From: an uncultured Alistipes sp.
Lineage (GTDB): Bacteria > Bacteroidota > Bacteroidia > Bacteroidales > Rikenellaceae
Assembly (NCBI GenBank): GCA_944321765.1
Contig: CALUMQ010000024.1
Location: forward strand, 40,514-104,513
Length of the DNA: 64,000 bases
Reading direction: 5' to 3'
The position numbers were made by a program, and so were the translations under genes. The notes below the pieces were generated by a model. The model ran no database searches and had not been told where the DNA came from. It saw only the letters and a list, made by a program, of their open reading frames with translations. Below, piece by piece: positions 9,988 to 19,331 of the stretch (position 1 is its first letter; each line of letters begins with the position of its first letter).

Positions 9988-10986
9988 ATGGCATTCTTCG
10001 ATATTTTCAGGAAAAAACAGAATACCCCTCCCAGCGAGGAGCAGATCCGAAAGGAGCAGCAGGAGCTCAACGCAGGACTTGAAAAGACCAAGTCGGGGCT
10101 CTTCGCAAAGCTCGCACGCGCCGTGGCGGGACGCACGACCGTCGACGCCGACGTACTCGACGATCTCGAAGAGGTGCTCATCACCTCGGACGTCGGCGTG
10201 GAGACCACCGTGAAGATCATCCGCCGCATCGAGGAGCGCGTGGCGCGCGACAAATACATGAACGCCTCGGAGCTGCAGTCCATTCTGCGCGAGGAGGTTG
10301 CCGCGCTGCTCGAGGAGGCCCACGGATCGGCCGGGCACTTCGGACTCGACGCCCGCGAAGGGGAGCCCTACGTGGTGATGGTCGTGGGTGTCAACGGCGC
10401 CGGAAAGACCACCACCATCGGCAAGCTCGCCGCACAGCTCACCAAGGCCGGACGCAAGGTATGGATCGGCGCCGCCGACACGTTCCGCGCCGCGGCCATC
10501 GACCAGCTGCAGGTATGGGCCGACCGCGCCGGTGCGACGATGATCCGCCAGCAGATGGGTTCCGACCCTGCGTCGGTGGCCTTCGACACGCTCACCTCGG
10601 CCAAGGCCAACGGCGCCGACGTGGTGCTGATCGACACCGCCGGGCGTCTGCACAACAAGATCAACCTGATGAACGAGCTGACGAAGATCCGCAACGTCAT
10701 GGGCAAGGTGATCCCCGGAGCTCCCCACGAGGTGATGCTCGTGCTGGACGGCTCGACCGGGCAGAACGCCTTCGAGCAGGCGCGGCAGTTCACGCAGGCC
10801 ACGCAGGTGACGTCGCTCGCCATCACGAAGCTCGACGGAACGGCCAAGGGAGGCGTAGTGATCGGCATCAGCGACCAGTTCCGCATTCCGGTACGCTACA
10901 TCGGGATCGGCGAGGGGATCGACCAGCTGAAGATCTTCGACCGCCGGGAGTTTGTCAATGCACTATTCGGAGATGAAAAAAATTAA
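9988..10986 (+). CDS. ftsY: Signal recognition particle receptor FtsY
   Basis: GVNGAGKTTT, DTFRAAA, DTAGR, TKLDGTAKGG; ATG at 9988. Confidence 0.97.
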   Translation: MAFFDIFRKKQNTPPSEEQIRKEQQELNAGLEKTKSGLFAKLARAVAGRTTVDADVLDDLEEVLITSDVGVETTVKIIRRIEERVARDKYMNASELQSILREEVAALLEEAHGSAGHFGLDAREGEPYVVMVVGVNGAGKTTTIGKLAAQLTKAGRKVWIGAADTFRAAAIDQLQVWADRAGATMIRQQMGSDPASVAFDTLTSAKANGADVVLIDTAGRLHNKINLMNELTKIRNVMGKVIPGAPHEVMLVLDGSTGQNAFEQARQFTQATQVTSLAITKLDGTAKGGVVIGISDQFRIPVRYIGIGEGIDQLKIFDRREFVNALFGDEKN

Positions 10987-12277
10987 CGTCATCACGCTCG
11001 GCTGTTCAAAGAACACCGTCGATTCGGAGCACCTCATGGCGCGCCTTGCGGCGGCCGGTTACGAAGTGCTCTTCGACAGCGACCGCACGGATGCCAAGGT
11101 CGTCGTGATCAACACCTGCGGATTCATCGGCGACGCCAAGCAGGAGTCCATCGAGATGATCCTTCGCGCGGCGGAGGCCAGGAAAGCCGGAAAGATCGAA
11201 CGGCTGTTTGTCATCGGCTGTCTCTCGGAGCGTTACGCCGACGAGCTGCGCACGGAGATTCCCGAAGTCGACGAATACTTCGGGGCGCGCACGTGGGACG
11301 GCATCATCCGCGCACTCGGCGCCTCGGAGGATCCGGCCCTGGCCACCGAACGCCATCTGACCACTCCGAAGCACTACGCCTACCTGAAGATCTCCGAAGG
11401 CTGCAACTGGAAGTGCGGCTACTGCGCCATCCCGCTCATCCGCGGCGAGCACCGCTCCGTACCGATGGAGGAGCTGGAGGAGGAGGCCCGCAAGCTGGCG
11501 GCCCGGGGCGTGCGCGAGCTGATGGTCATCGCCCAGGACACGACCTATTATGGAATAGACCTCTACGGGCGGCGGTGCCTGGCCGAACTGCTGCGCCGCC
11601 TGTGCCGCATCGACGGCATCGAGTGGATCCGGCTCCACTACGCCTACCCCACGGCCTTCCCCGAGGAGGTGATCGAGGTGATGGCCGCGGAGCCGAAGAT
11701 CTGCAAATACCTCGACATCCCCTTCCAGCACATCTCCGACGCACAGCTGGCGGCGATGCACCGCCGTCATACGAAGGCCGAAGCCCTGGCGCTCATCGAC
11801 AAGTTGCGCCGGGCAATCCCCGGTCTGGCGCTGCGCACCACCCTGCTGGTGGGCTATCCGGGCGAGACGGAAGCCGATTTCGGCGAACTGCTCGACTTCG
11901 TGCGCGAGGTGCGCTTCGAGCGGCTCGGGGTCTTCGCCTACTCCGAGGAGGAGGGGACCTATTCGGCCCGCGAGCTGCACGACGACGTCCCGGAGGCGGT
12001 CAAGCAGCAGCGTGTGGAGCGCATCATGGCGTTGCAGAACGAGATCTCGCTCGACAACAACCGCCGCCGCGAGGGTCGCACGGAGCGTATCATCGTCGAT
12101 TCCCGACAGGGCGATTTCTATGTCGGGCGCTCGCAGTACGACTCCCCCGAGGTGGACCAGGAGATCCTCATCCCTGCCGCGGCCCGGCGGTTGCTCCGCG
12201 GGCACTTCTACGATGTGCGGATCACCTCTGCAGCCGACTACGACCTCTATGGCGAGGTTGTGGACAAAGCAAAATAA
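10973..12277 (+). CDS. rimO: Ribosomal protein S12 methylthiotransferase RimO
   Basis: TLGCSKNTVDSE, NTCGFI, radical SAM CNWKCGYC, TRAM-like C-terminus DSPEVD. Confidence 0.95.
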   Translation: MKKINVITLGCSKNTVDSEHLMARLAAAGYEVLFDSDRTDAKVVVINTCGFIGDAKQESIEMILRAAEARKAGKIERLFVIGCLSERYADELRTEIPEVDEYFGARTWDGIIRALGASEDPALATERHLTTPKHYAYLKISEGCNWKCGYCAIPLIRGEHRSVPMEELEEEARKLAARGVRELMVIAQDTTYYGIDLYGRRCLAELLRRLCRIDGIEWIRLHYAYPTAFPEEVIEVMAAEPKICKYLDIPFQHISDAQLAAMHRRHTKAEALALIDKLRRAIPGLALRTTLLVGYPGETEADFGELLDFVREVRFERLGVFAYSEEEGTYSARELHDDVPEAVKQQRVERIMALQNEISLDNNRRREGRTERIIVDSRQGDFYVGRSQYDSPEVDQEILIPAAARRLLRGHFYDVRITSAADYDLYGEVVDKAK

Positions 12278-12288
12278 ATTTCGCCTTT

Positions 12289-12319
12289 TTTGCTTTTTGG
12301 TATTTTTTTCGTACCTTTG
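12289..12319 (+). promoter_or_regulatory. sigma70 promoter for zapB-like/zapA/6S/rny
   Basis: TTTG 12289-92, 19-nt spacer, TACCTTTG 12312-19. Confidence 0.7.
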
Positions 12320-12347
12320 AAATGTAAACCGGATTTCTCCGCAGGAA

Positions 12348-12722
12348 ATGGTCGACAAAAGTGTCATAACGAACCTCGAAACCCGGGTCGGACAACTCAT
12401 AGACGACCACCGCAGACTGTCGGAACTTTGTTCGGAACTCTCGGCCCAATGCGACGCGCTGCGTGCGGAAAAACGCACGCTTGAAGAGCGCGTGAAGGCG
12501 TTGGACAACGAGGTTGCACGGATGCAGCTCACCGAGGGGCTCGCCGGAGGAGGCCGGAACAGGGATAAAGCGCGGGCGCGCGTCAACCGTCTTATGCGGG
12601 AGGTGGACAAATGCATCGCGTTGCTGGGACGTCAGACGGAGACCTTTGCGAAAAAGAATACACCCCGGGAGACGGAAGGCCGCATGGACCCGAGTCCTGC
12701 AGCGGCTGCACCCGAAAAATAG
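12348..12722 (+). CDS. Coiled-coil protein upstream of zapA (ZapB-like)
   Basis: Heptad coiled coil; C-terminal RLMREVDKCIALL as seen in Bacteroidota zapA-adjacent proteins. Confidence 0.75.
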   Translation: MVDKSVITNLETRVGQLIDDHRRLSELCSELSAQCDALRAEKRTLEERVKALDNEVARMQLTEGLAGGGRNRDKARARVNRLMREVDKCIALLGRQTETFAKKNTPRETEGRMDPSPAAAAPEK

Positions 12723-12731
12723 AAATACAGC

Positions 12732-13034
12732 ATGGCCAAGCAGCAAGCGATAACGCTGAAGGTGGCGGGAAAAAGCTACCAGTTTACCATCGAAAGCGGT
12801 AAGGAAGAGGCCTATCGCCTGGCTGAACGGGAGGTGAACAACTTCCTCGCGGCGATCAAGAAGCGGAATTTCGAGAACTGGACTGATCGGGATTACCTGT
12901 CGATTACCGCCCTGCAGTTTGCCATAGCCAACGTCACGGCCCGCCAGAGTCGCGAAGCCGATGACGACGACCTTCGTCGGTTGGAACAGCTGGGATCCGA
13001 GATCGATTCCTACCTCAACAACCCCCGCGAATAG
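12732..13034 (+). CDS. zapA: Cell division protein ZapA
   Basis: ITLKVAGKSY..EEAYRLA..ITALQFA; context zapA-6S-rny. Confidence 0.85.
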   Translation: MAKQQAITLKVAGKSYQFTIESGKEEAYRLAEREVNNFLAAIKKRNFENWTDRDYLSITALQFAIANVTARQSREADDDDLRRLEQLGSEIDSYLNNPRE

Positions 13035-13140
13035 AACCGCCCGCCGAGAGAGGGGCCACAAAGAGAGAGGCGCCAGGGAAAGAGCGGAGAGAGCAGAGAG
13101 CAGGGAGGGCCACGAAGATGGACGCTGAGAAGCGAGAGGG
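13035..13140 (+). repeat. Purine-rich low-complexity tract (GAGA/GCAGAGA units)
   Basis: No T between 13033 and 13118; gagagca tandem unit. Confidence 0.7.
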
Positions 13141-13271
13141 CGCTGCCCTGACCTCGAATCGGAAGCCGGGATGCATGGGAGATCCTGCATCTCGGAAAAA
13201 CAACCCTCCGGACCGGGGAACAAAGATAGCGGTCACAACGCGCCGCAATGTTCTTTAACATACGAAAATCT

Positions 13272-13470
13272 ACCCGCATAGATTCCTTACAAGCTTTGCG
13301 AAACTGAACACTTTTTAAATTGGGGCAACTCAAGACGCTTCAAAATCAGGCCTTACTACCCTTCGGGGGAGTGCGTTCCGATGCACCGTTGGAAGATTGC
13401 GATTGTCGGAGCCCCCACACATGACTAATCTTGCAGATTCGTCAAACAAGGCTAAGGAATCCTATGCGGT
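13272..13470 (+). ncRNA. ssrS: 6S RNA (Bacteroidales-type)
   Basis: About 195 nt; terminal stem ccgcatag-attcctta / taaggaat-cctatgcgg, inner stem tttgcgaaactg/cagattcgtcaaa, AU-rich central bubble, tgggg/cccca stem; located between zapA and rny; 3' U-run. Confidence 0.85.
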
Positions 13471-13530
13471 TTTTTTTTGGCTACACGTATTACTTATATT
13501 ATTAACAAACAAAAAACAGTATCAGAATAA

Positions 13531-15078
13531 ATGTATACCACCATTTTAGTGGCCTGCATCTCCGCCGTGGCGGCCGTGGCGATCTATGCCGTCGTCACGA
13601 ACATGATTGCCAAGACCTCGATCCGCAAGCGGCGTGAGGCGGCGATCAAGGAGGCTGAAGCCGAAGGCGAGATGATCAAGAAGGAGCGGATCCTCCAGGC
13701 CAAAGAGAAATTCATACAGCTCAAGAGCGAATACGACCGCCAGGTCAACGAACGCAACCAGAAACTCGCCCAGAGCGAACAGCGGGCCAAGCAGATCGAG
13801 CAGAACCTCCAGAACAAGGAGCGCGACCTCGAAAACCGCATCCGCGAAAACGACCGGCTCAAGGAGCAGGTACAGAACCAGATGCAGCTGCTCGAGCACA
13901 AGAAGGAGGAGATCGAGCAGGTGCGGCGTGAACAGAACGTCCGCCTGGAACAGATCTCCGGCATGAGTTCCGAGGATGCCAAGAACATCCTGATCGAGAA
14001 CATGAAGGCCGAGGCCAAGACCGAAGCCGCCGCCTACGTCAACGAAACCATCGAGGAGGCCAAGATGACCGCCACGAAGGAGGCCAAGCGGATCATCGTG
14101 GCATCGATTCAACGCGTAGCGACCGAAACGGCCATCGAGAATGCCGTGACGGTCTTCAACATCGAGAGCGACGAGGTCAAGGGACGCATCATCGGACGCG
14201 AGGGACGCAACATCCGCGCGCTGGAGGCCGCAACGGGCATCGAGATCATCGTCGACGACACCCCCGAGGCGATCATTCTCTCGGGATTCGACCCCGTGCG
14301 TCGTGAAATCGCGCGTCTGGCGCTGCATCAACTCGTTACCGACGGACGCATCCACCCCGCGCGCATCGAGGAGGTCGTTGCCAAGGTCCAGAAGCAGATC
14401 GAGGAGGAGATCGTCGAGGTCGGCAAACGGACGGCCATCGACCTGGGTATCCACGGGCTGCATCCCGAGCTGATCCGTCTGATCGGCAAGATGAAATACC
14501 GTTCGTCCTACGGCCAGAACCTGCTGCAGCACGCCCGCGAAACGGCCAACCTCGCAGGCATCATGGCCTCCGAACTGGGTCTCAACCCCAAGATCGCACG
14601 ACGCGCAGGACTGCTCCACGATATTGGCAAGGTGCCCGACGACGAGCCCGAACTGCCGCATGCCATCATCGGCATGAAACTCGCCGAGAAGTACAAAGAG
14701 AAGCCCGAGGTATGCAACGCCATCGGCGCCCACCACGACGAGGTGGAGATGACTTCGCTCATCGCCCCGATCATCCAAGCCTGCGACGCCATCTCGGGAG
14801 CCCGTCCGGGAGCCCGCCGCGAGGTGGTCGAGAGCTACATCAAGCGTCTGAAGGAGATGGAGGACATCGCCCTGTCGTACCCCGGCGTGGTGAAGACCTA
14901 TGCCATCCAGGCCGGTCGAGAGCTGCGTGTGATCGTCGGCTCCGACAAGCTTTCGGACCAGGAGTCGGAGAACCTCTCGCACGAAATCGCCAAGAAGATC
15001 CAGGACGAGATGACCTATCCCGGACAGGTGAAGATCACGGTTATCCGCGAAACCCGGGCCGTCTCGTACGCAAAATAG
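13531..15078 (+). CDS. rny: Ribonuclease Y
   Basis: N-terminal TM, coiled coil, [37 protein letters not shown]. Confidence 0.97.
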   Translation: MYTTILVACISAVAAVAIYAVVTNMIAKTSIRKRREAAIKEAEAEGEMIKKERILQAKEKFIQLKSEYDRQVNERNQKLAQSEQRAKQIEQNLQNKERDLENRIRENDRLKEQVQNQMQLLEHKKEEIEQVRREQNVRLEQISGMSSEDAKNILIENMKAEAKTEAAAYVNETIEEAKMTATKEAKRIIVASIQRVATETAIENAVTVFNIESDEVKGRIIGREGRNIRALEAATGIEIIVDDTPEAIILSGFDPVRREIARLALHQLVTDGRIHPARIEEVVAKVQKQIEEEIVEVGKRTAIDLGIHGLHPELIRLIGKMKYRSSYGQNLLQHARETANLAGIMASELGLNPKIARRAGLLHDIGKVPDDEPELPHAIIGMKLAEKYKEKPEVCNAIGAHHDEVEMTSLIAPIIQACDAISGARPGARREVVESYIKRLKEMEDIALSYPGVVKTYAIQAGRELRVIVGSDKLSDQESENLSHEIAKKIQDEMTYPGQVKITVIRETRAVSYAK

Positions 15079-15098
15079 CACTCCAATACACCTCTTAC

Positions 15099-15142
15099 GG
15101 AAAGATCCCTTCCGCCGTGTCAACGGAAGGGATCTTTCCTTT
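15099..15142 (+). terminator. Stem-loop terminator after rny
   Basis: ggaaagatcccttccg / cggaagggatctttcc + ttt. Confidence 0.75.
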
Positions 15143-15166
15143 ACAATGCCTCAACAACATCCATCC

Positions 15167-15808
15167 ATGCATTCCGAGCCGTCCATCAATCCCGAATTGA
15201 AAGAGTATGTCGAACGGGAGATCCTCCCCCGCTATGAGCACTTCGACGCCGCACACCGCACGGATCATGTCCGTACGGTCATTGAGCAGAGTATGGCGCT
15301 GGCCCGGAGTTACGAGGTCAATCCCGACATGGTCTACGCCATTGCGGCCTACCACGACACGGGGCTGGCCTTCGGCCGCGAACGCCACCACCTCGACGCG
15401 GGGCGCATCCTCGCCGAGGACGCCACGCTGCGCCGCTGGTTTACCGAAGAGGAGATCGCCACGATGCGCGAGGCGGTGGAGGACCACCGCGCCTCATCGG
15501 GCCACGAACCCCGCACGATCTACGGACGCATCGTCGCCGAGGCCGACCGGGTAATCGATCCCGAGACGATTCTCCGACGCACGGTACAATACAGCCTGGC
15601 CAACTACCCCACGTTTGACCGCGAGGAGCACTACGCCCGCTGCGTCGCCCACCTGGAGGAGAAATACGCCGAGGGCGGGTACCTGCGCCTCTGGATCGCC
15701 GCGTCGGAGAATGCCCGGCGGCTGGAGGAGCTGCGGACGATCATCCGCGACCGGGAAGCGCTGCGAAGGCTCTTCGACCGGCTCTTCGACGAGGAGTCGA
15801 ATCGGTAG
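15167..15808 (+). CDS. HD-domain phosphohydrolase
   Basis: AAHRTDHV..AYHDTG..HH..EDHRAS..VAEADR; start uncertain (15146 or 15167). Confidence 0.85.
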   Translation: MHSEPSINPELKEYVEREILPRYEHFDAAHRTDHVRTVIEQSMALARSYEVNPDMVYAIAAYHDTGLAFGRERHHLDAGRILAEDATLRRWFTEEEIATMREAVEDHRASSGHEPRTIYGRIVAEADRVIDPETILRRTVQYSLANYPTFDREEHYARCVAHLEEKYAEGGYLRLWIAASENARRLEELRTIIRDREALRRLFDRLFDEESNR

Positions 15809-15835
15809 GGACTACGCTCTGAGGGATCGGACAAC

Positions 15836-15876
15836 AAAATCCCCGGCACCACGATCAAAAGGTGCCGGGGATTTTT
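15836..15876. terminator. Bidirectional terminator between convergent genes
   Basis: aaaatccccggcacc / ggtgccggggattttt. Confidence 0.8.
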
Positions 15877-15910
15877 ATACGCACAGCGGCGGAAGTCGCG
15901 CCGTCGCCCG

Positions 15911-16879
15911 TTACTCCACGCCGTGGGGGAAGTACTTCATGTACTGCACGCGCTGGTAGAAGTCACCCTCGGAGGATCCGTAATCCATCCGTCCGCGGAA
16001 GGAGGCGAGCGTATCGAAGCCGTGACGCCCGGCCCACTCGTCGACGAAGCGGTTGATGGCGCCGATCACCTCGTAGCCGTGGTAGTGGATGGCCGAGCAG
16101 ACCTGCACGGCCGAAGCGCCGCACAGCAGCGCCTTGACGGCTGCAGTGCCGTCGTGCACGCCCGTCGACACGGCCACATCCAGCTGCGGAAGCGCATGCG
16201 AGCAGAGTGCCGTGCTGCGCAGCACGTTGCGAAGCTCTCCGGGCTGGCTGAAGGGGTCGCCGTTGACGAAGGCGATCTTTTCAATGTCGATGTCCGGTTC
16301 GAAGAAGCGGTTGTAGAGCACAACGCCCCGCGCTCCGCGGGCCAGCAGGGCATCACCCAGCGACAGAACGTTCGTCAGACGCTGCGGGAGCTTCACCGAG
16401 ACGGGGATCGTCACGGCCGCTACCACCTTGCGCACGATGTCGGCATAGTGCTGCTCAAGCTCCTGCGCCGGGGTCCGGCGGTCGGTGGGCAGCAGAAAGA
16501 CGTTCAACTCCAGGGCTGCCGCTCCGGCCTGCTGCATCGAGGTGGCATAGTCGATCCAGGCATCTCCGGTCCCCATGCAGTTGATGCTGCCGATGACGGG
16601 GATGCCGGTTGCGGCGGCTGCGCGAAGCAGTTCGAGCAGTTCGCCCTTGTAGGCGTCGCCGAGGTAGCGCTCGAGGTACTCGCCGGCATCGCCGTAACCC
16701 TCCATCCTCTCCATCGAGGCCGCCTGACGGAAGATCTGCTCCTCGAAAATCGACTTCAGCACCACGGCACCCGCACCGGCCGCCGCACAACGCTCGATGT
16801 TCGACAGCGTGGAGGTATAGGGGGAGCTCCCGACCACAACGGGGCTCGAAAGGTCCAATCCGAGATAGGTTGCTTTCAT
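15911..16879 (-). CDS. Dihydroorotate dehydrogenase-like FMN oxidoreductase
   Basis: YLGLDLSSPVVVGSS, GAVVLKSIFEEQI, IPVSVKL, NRFFEPDID, STGVH..GASAVQVCS. Confidence 0.88.
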   Translation of the reverse strand: MKATYLGLDLSSPVVVGSSPYTSTLSNIERCAAAGAGAVVLKSIFEEQIFRQAASMERMEGYGDAGEYLERYLGDAYKGELLELLRAAAATGIPVIGSINCMGTGDAWIDYATSMQQAGAAALELNVFLLPTDRRTPAQELEQHYADIVRKVVAAVTIPVSVKLPQRLTNVLSLGDALLARGARGVVLYNRFFEPDIDIEKIAFVNGDPFSQPGELRNVLRSTALCSHALPQLDVAVSTGVHDGTAAVKALLCGASAVQVCSAIHYHGYEVIGAINRFVDEWAGRHGFDTLASFRGRMDYGSSEGDFYQRVQYMKYFPHGVE

Positions 16880-16910
16880 AGGATATTGTCGGAATTTTTC
16901 GGTAAAACGC

Positions 16911-18014
16911 TTAGACGAAGGGGATCTTCACCACTTCGGCCCGCACCGGCTTCTCGCGGATGATGACGGCAATCTGCGTGCCGGGTTTCGCGTAGGCCGT
17001 CTTCACGTATCCCAGAGCCACGCCGCACTTCAGGCAGGGCGACATCGTGCCGGAGGTCACGTGGCCGATCTCCTCGCCGTCGGGCGAAGCCAGCTTGTAG
17101 CCGTGGCGCGGAATACCGCGCTCGACCATCTTCAGGCCCACGAGCCTGCGCTCCACGCCCTCGGTCTTCTGGCGCTCCAGAAGCGGACGGTCGATGAAAT
17201 CCTTGCCCTCGACGAACTTCGTGATCCACCCCAGGCCCGCCTCCAGCGGCGAGGTCGTGTCGTCGATATCGTTTCCGTAGAGGCAGAAGCCCTTTTCGAG
17301 GCGCAGCGTGTCGCGGGCCCCGAGGCCGATGTTCTTCAGTCCATACTCGGCGCCGGCCTCCCAGAGCGCCTTCCACAGACGGTCGGCATCCTCGTTGGCC
17401 ACGTAGATCTCGCAGCCGCCCGCTCCGGTATAGCCCGTGATCGAGAGGATGGCGTCGCATCCGGCAACCTTCATCTTGCGGAACGTGTAGTACTCCATCT
17501 GCTCGACAGGTTCGTCGCACATCTTCTGCACGATCTTCATGGCCTGCGGGCCCTGAACCGCCAGCTGGCAGATCTCGTCCGAGGCGTTGTAAAGCTCCTT
17601 GCCCGAGCCGGCCTGCATGCCGAACTCCTCACGGCCGACCGTGCAGATGTGCACCCAGTCCTTGTCGACGTTGGCGGCATTGACGCACAGCATGTAGGTC
17701 TCGGCGTCGATGCGGTAGACCAGGATGTCGTCGACGATGCCGCCCCGGCCGTTGGGCATGCAGGAGTACTGCACCTTGCCGTCGTAAAGTTTCGCCACGT
17801 CGTTGGTGGTGATGCGCTGCAGCAGCGCCAGGGCCTTGGGTCCCTTGACCCAGATCTCGCCCATGTGGCTTACGTCGAAGACCCCCGCGCCGTTGCGGAC
17901 GGTCATGTGTTCATCGTTGATGCCCGTGAACTCGATGGGCATGTTGTACCCCGCGAACTCGGCCATCTTGGCGCCCGCGGCGATGTGGTACTTGGTGAAT
18001 GCGGTAGTTTTCAT
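16911..18014 (-). CDS. gcvT: Glycine cleavage system aminomethyltransferase T
   Basis: FAGYNMP, GVFDVSHMGE, TGYTGAGG, GLGARDTLRLE. Confidence 0.96.
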   Translation of the reverse strand: MKTTAFTKYHIAAGAKMAEFAGYNMPIEFTGINDEHMTVRNGAGVFDVSHMGEIWVKGPKALALLQRITTNDVAKLYDGKVQYSCMPNGRGGIVDDILVYRIDAETYMLCVNAANVDKDWVHICTVGREEFGMQAGSGKELYNASDEICQLAVQGPQAMKIVQKMCDEPVEQMEYYTFRKMKVAGCDAILSITGYTGAGGCEIYVANEDADRLWKALWEAGAEYGLKNIGLGARDTLRLEKGFCLYGNDIDDTTSPLEAGLGWITKFVEGKDFIDRPLLERQKTEGVERRLVGLKMVERGIPRHGYKLASPDGEEIGHVTSGTMSPCLKCGVALGYVKTAYAKPGTQIAVIIREKPVRAEVVKIPFV

Positions 18015-18048
18015 GGATGGTATGTGTGTATTTTTCGATGTTACACGA

Positions 18049-19248
18049 TTACTCGCGGCGCTTCACGCCCAGACGCGGACAGCGGTGGAACTCCTTCTCC
18101 CGGTCGAACAGGTAGCGGTAGGTGGTGTGGATCTTGTTGCGCGTGGCGCAGACGTAGGTCTCGATCATGCGGTTCATCACCGGATTGAAGTCCCCGATCC
18201 ACGCCAGCTCCATCGACTTGTATTCGTTCTTGGTCATCTCCAGGAATTCGTAGTACTTCACCATGATGGCCGACTCGACGCCCTTGCCGTGGAACTCCGG
18301 GGCGATGCCGAAGATGATGCCGAAGATGCGGTCGCACGACTTGCGGACCTTCAGGTCCCACATCAGGCGCAGCTTCTGCCACAGTCCGAACTTGCCGTGG
18401 AACTTGCCGATCAGCCGGTTCAGGTCGGGGACCGTGATGAAGAAGCCGATGGGCTCCTCGTTGTAGTAGGCGAAGAAGATGATGCGCGGGTCGATGATCG
18501 GCTTCATCTCGTGAACCATCTCCAGAGCCTCCTCCTGCGTCATGGGCTTCACGCCCGAGAAGAGCGCCCACGCCTTGTTGTAGATCACGCGGAAATTCTC
18601 GGCGGCCTCCTCGAGGTTGTTCATGTCGATGTTCTCGACGTGGTAGCCGGCATCCAGGCGCGCCGCACGCGCGAAGATCTGCTTGTTGGCCTCCGAAGCG
18701 TTGACCCGCCAGATGTAGCTGTACTGGTTGAAGTAGTTGCGGAATCCGTAATTCTCGAACAGATCCTTGTAGTAGGGCGGGTTGTAGGGATTCTTGTAGA
18801 GCGGCTGGAACTCGTAGCCCTCGACGAGCAGTCCCCACCAGTCGCGGCGCTGTCCGAAGTTCACAGGACCGTCCATCGCCTCCATGCCGCGGCTCGAAAG
18901 CCACATCCGCGCGGCGTCGAAGAGCATGTCGGCCACCTGCTGGTCGTCGATCGACTCGAAGAATCCGCAGCCGCCCGTGGGCTGCTCCTCGATGGCGGCC
19001 TTCTCACGGTTGTAGAAGGCCGCGATACGTCCGCGCACCTTGCCGTTGCGGTCGCGCACGACCCAGCGGATCGCCTCTCCGTCGGCAAAGAGTTCATTCT
19101 TCGAAGGGTCGAAGACCGCCTGTACGTCGACATCCAGCGGACACACCCAGTTGCGGTTGCCTTTGTATATCGTCTTGGGGAAATCGAGCCACTCGCGCTC
19201 CAGAGCCGGAGTAGTGACCTCCTGCAAAACATACTTGTCGCTATTCAT
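18049..19248 (-). CDS. YghO-like GNAT-fold protein of unknown function
   Basis: GRIAAF, GGCGFFESID, GPVNF, GLLVEG, PYNPPYY, FGIAPEFHGKGV acyl-CoA motif; ATG at 19248. Confidence 0.75.
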   Translation of the reverse strand: MNSDKYVLQEVTTPALEREWLDFPKTIYKGNRNWVCPLDVDVQAVFDPSKNELFADGEAIRWVVRDRNGKVRGRIAAFYNREKAAIEEQPTGGCGFFESIDDQQVADMLFDAARMWLSSRGMEAMDGPVNFGQRRDWWGLLVEGYEFQPLYKNPYNPPYYKDLFENYGFRNYFNQYSYIWRVNASEANKQIFARAARLDAGYHVENIDMNNLEEAAENFRVIYNKAWALFSGVKPMTQEEALEMVHEMKPIIDPRIIFFAYYNEEPIGFFITVPDLNRLIGKFHGKFGLWQKLRLMWDLKVRKSCDRIFGIIFGIAPEFHGKGVESAIMVKYYEFLEMTKNEYKSMELAWIGDFNPVMNRMIETYVCATRNKIHTTYRYLFDREKEFHRCPRLGVKRRE

Positions 19249-19274
19249 GCTTGAATTATTTTGGTTGCCAAACA

Positions 19275-19282
19275 CAAAGGTA
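19275..19282 (-). promoter_or_regulatory. -7 box TACCTTTG for GNAT-gcvT-DHOD-like operon
   Basis: caaaggta on + strand, about 27 nt upstream of the start. Confidence 0.6.
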
Positions 19283-19331
19283 ACTATTTTTTCCGTATTT
19301 TTGTTCTCGGACCAAAATTCCGGCACCCTCC

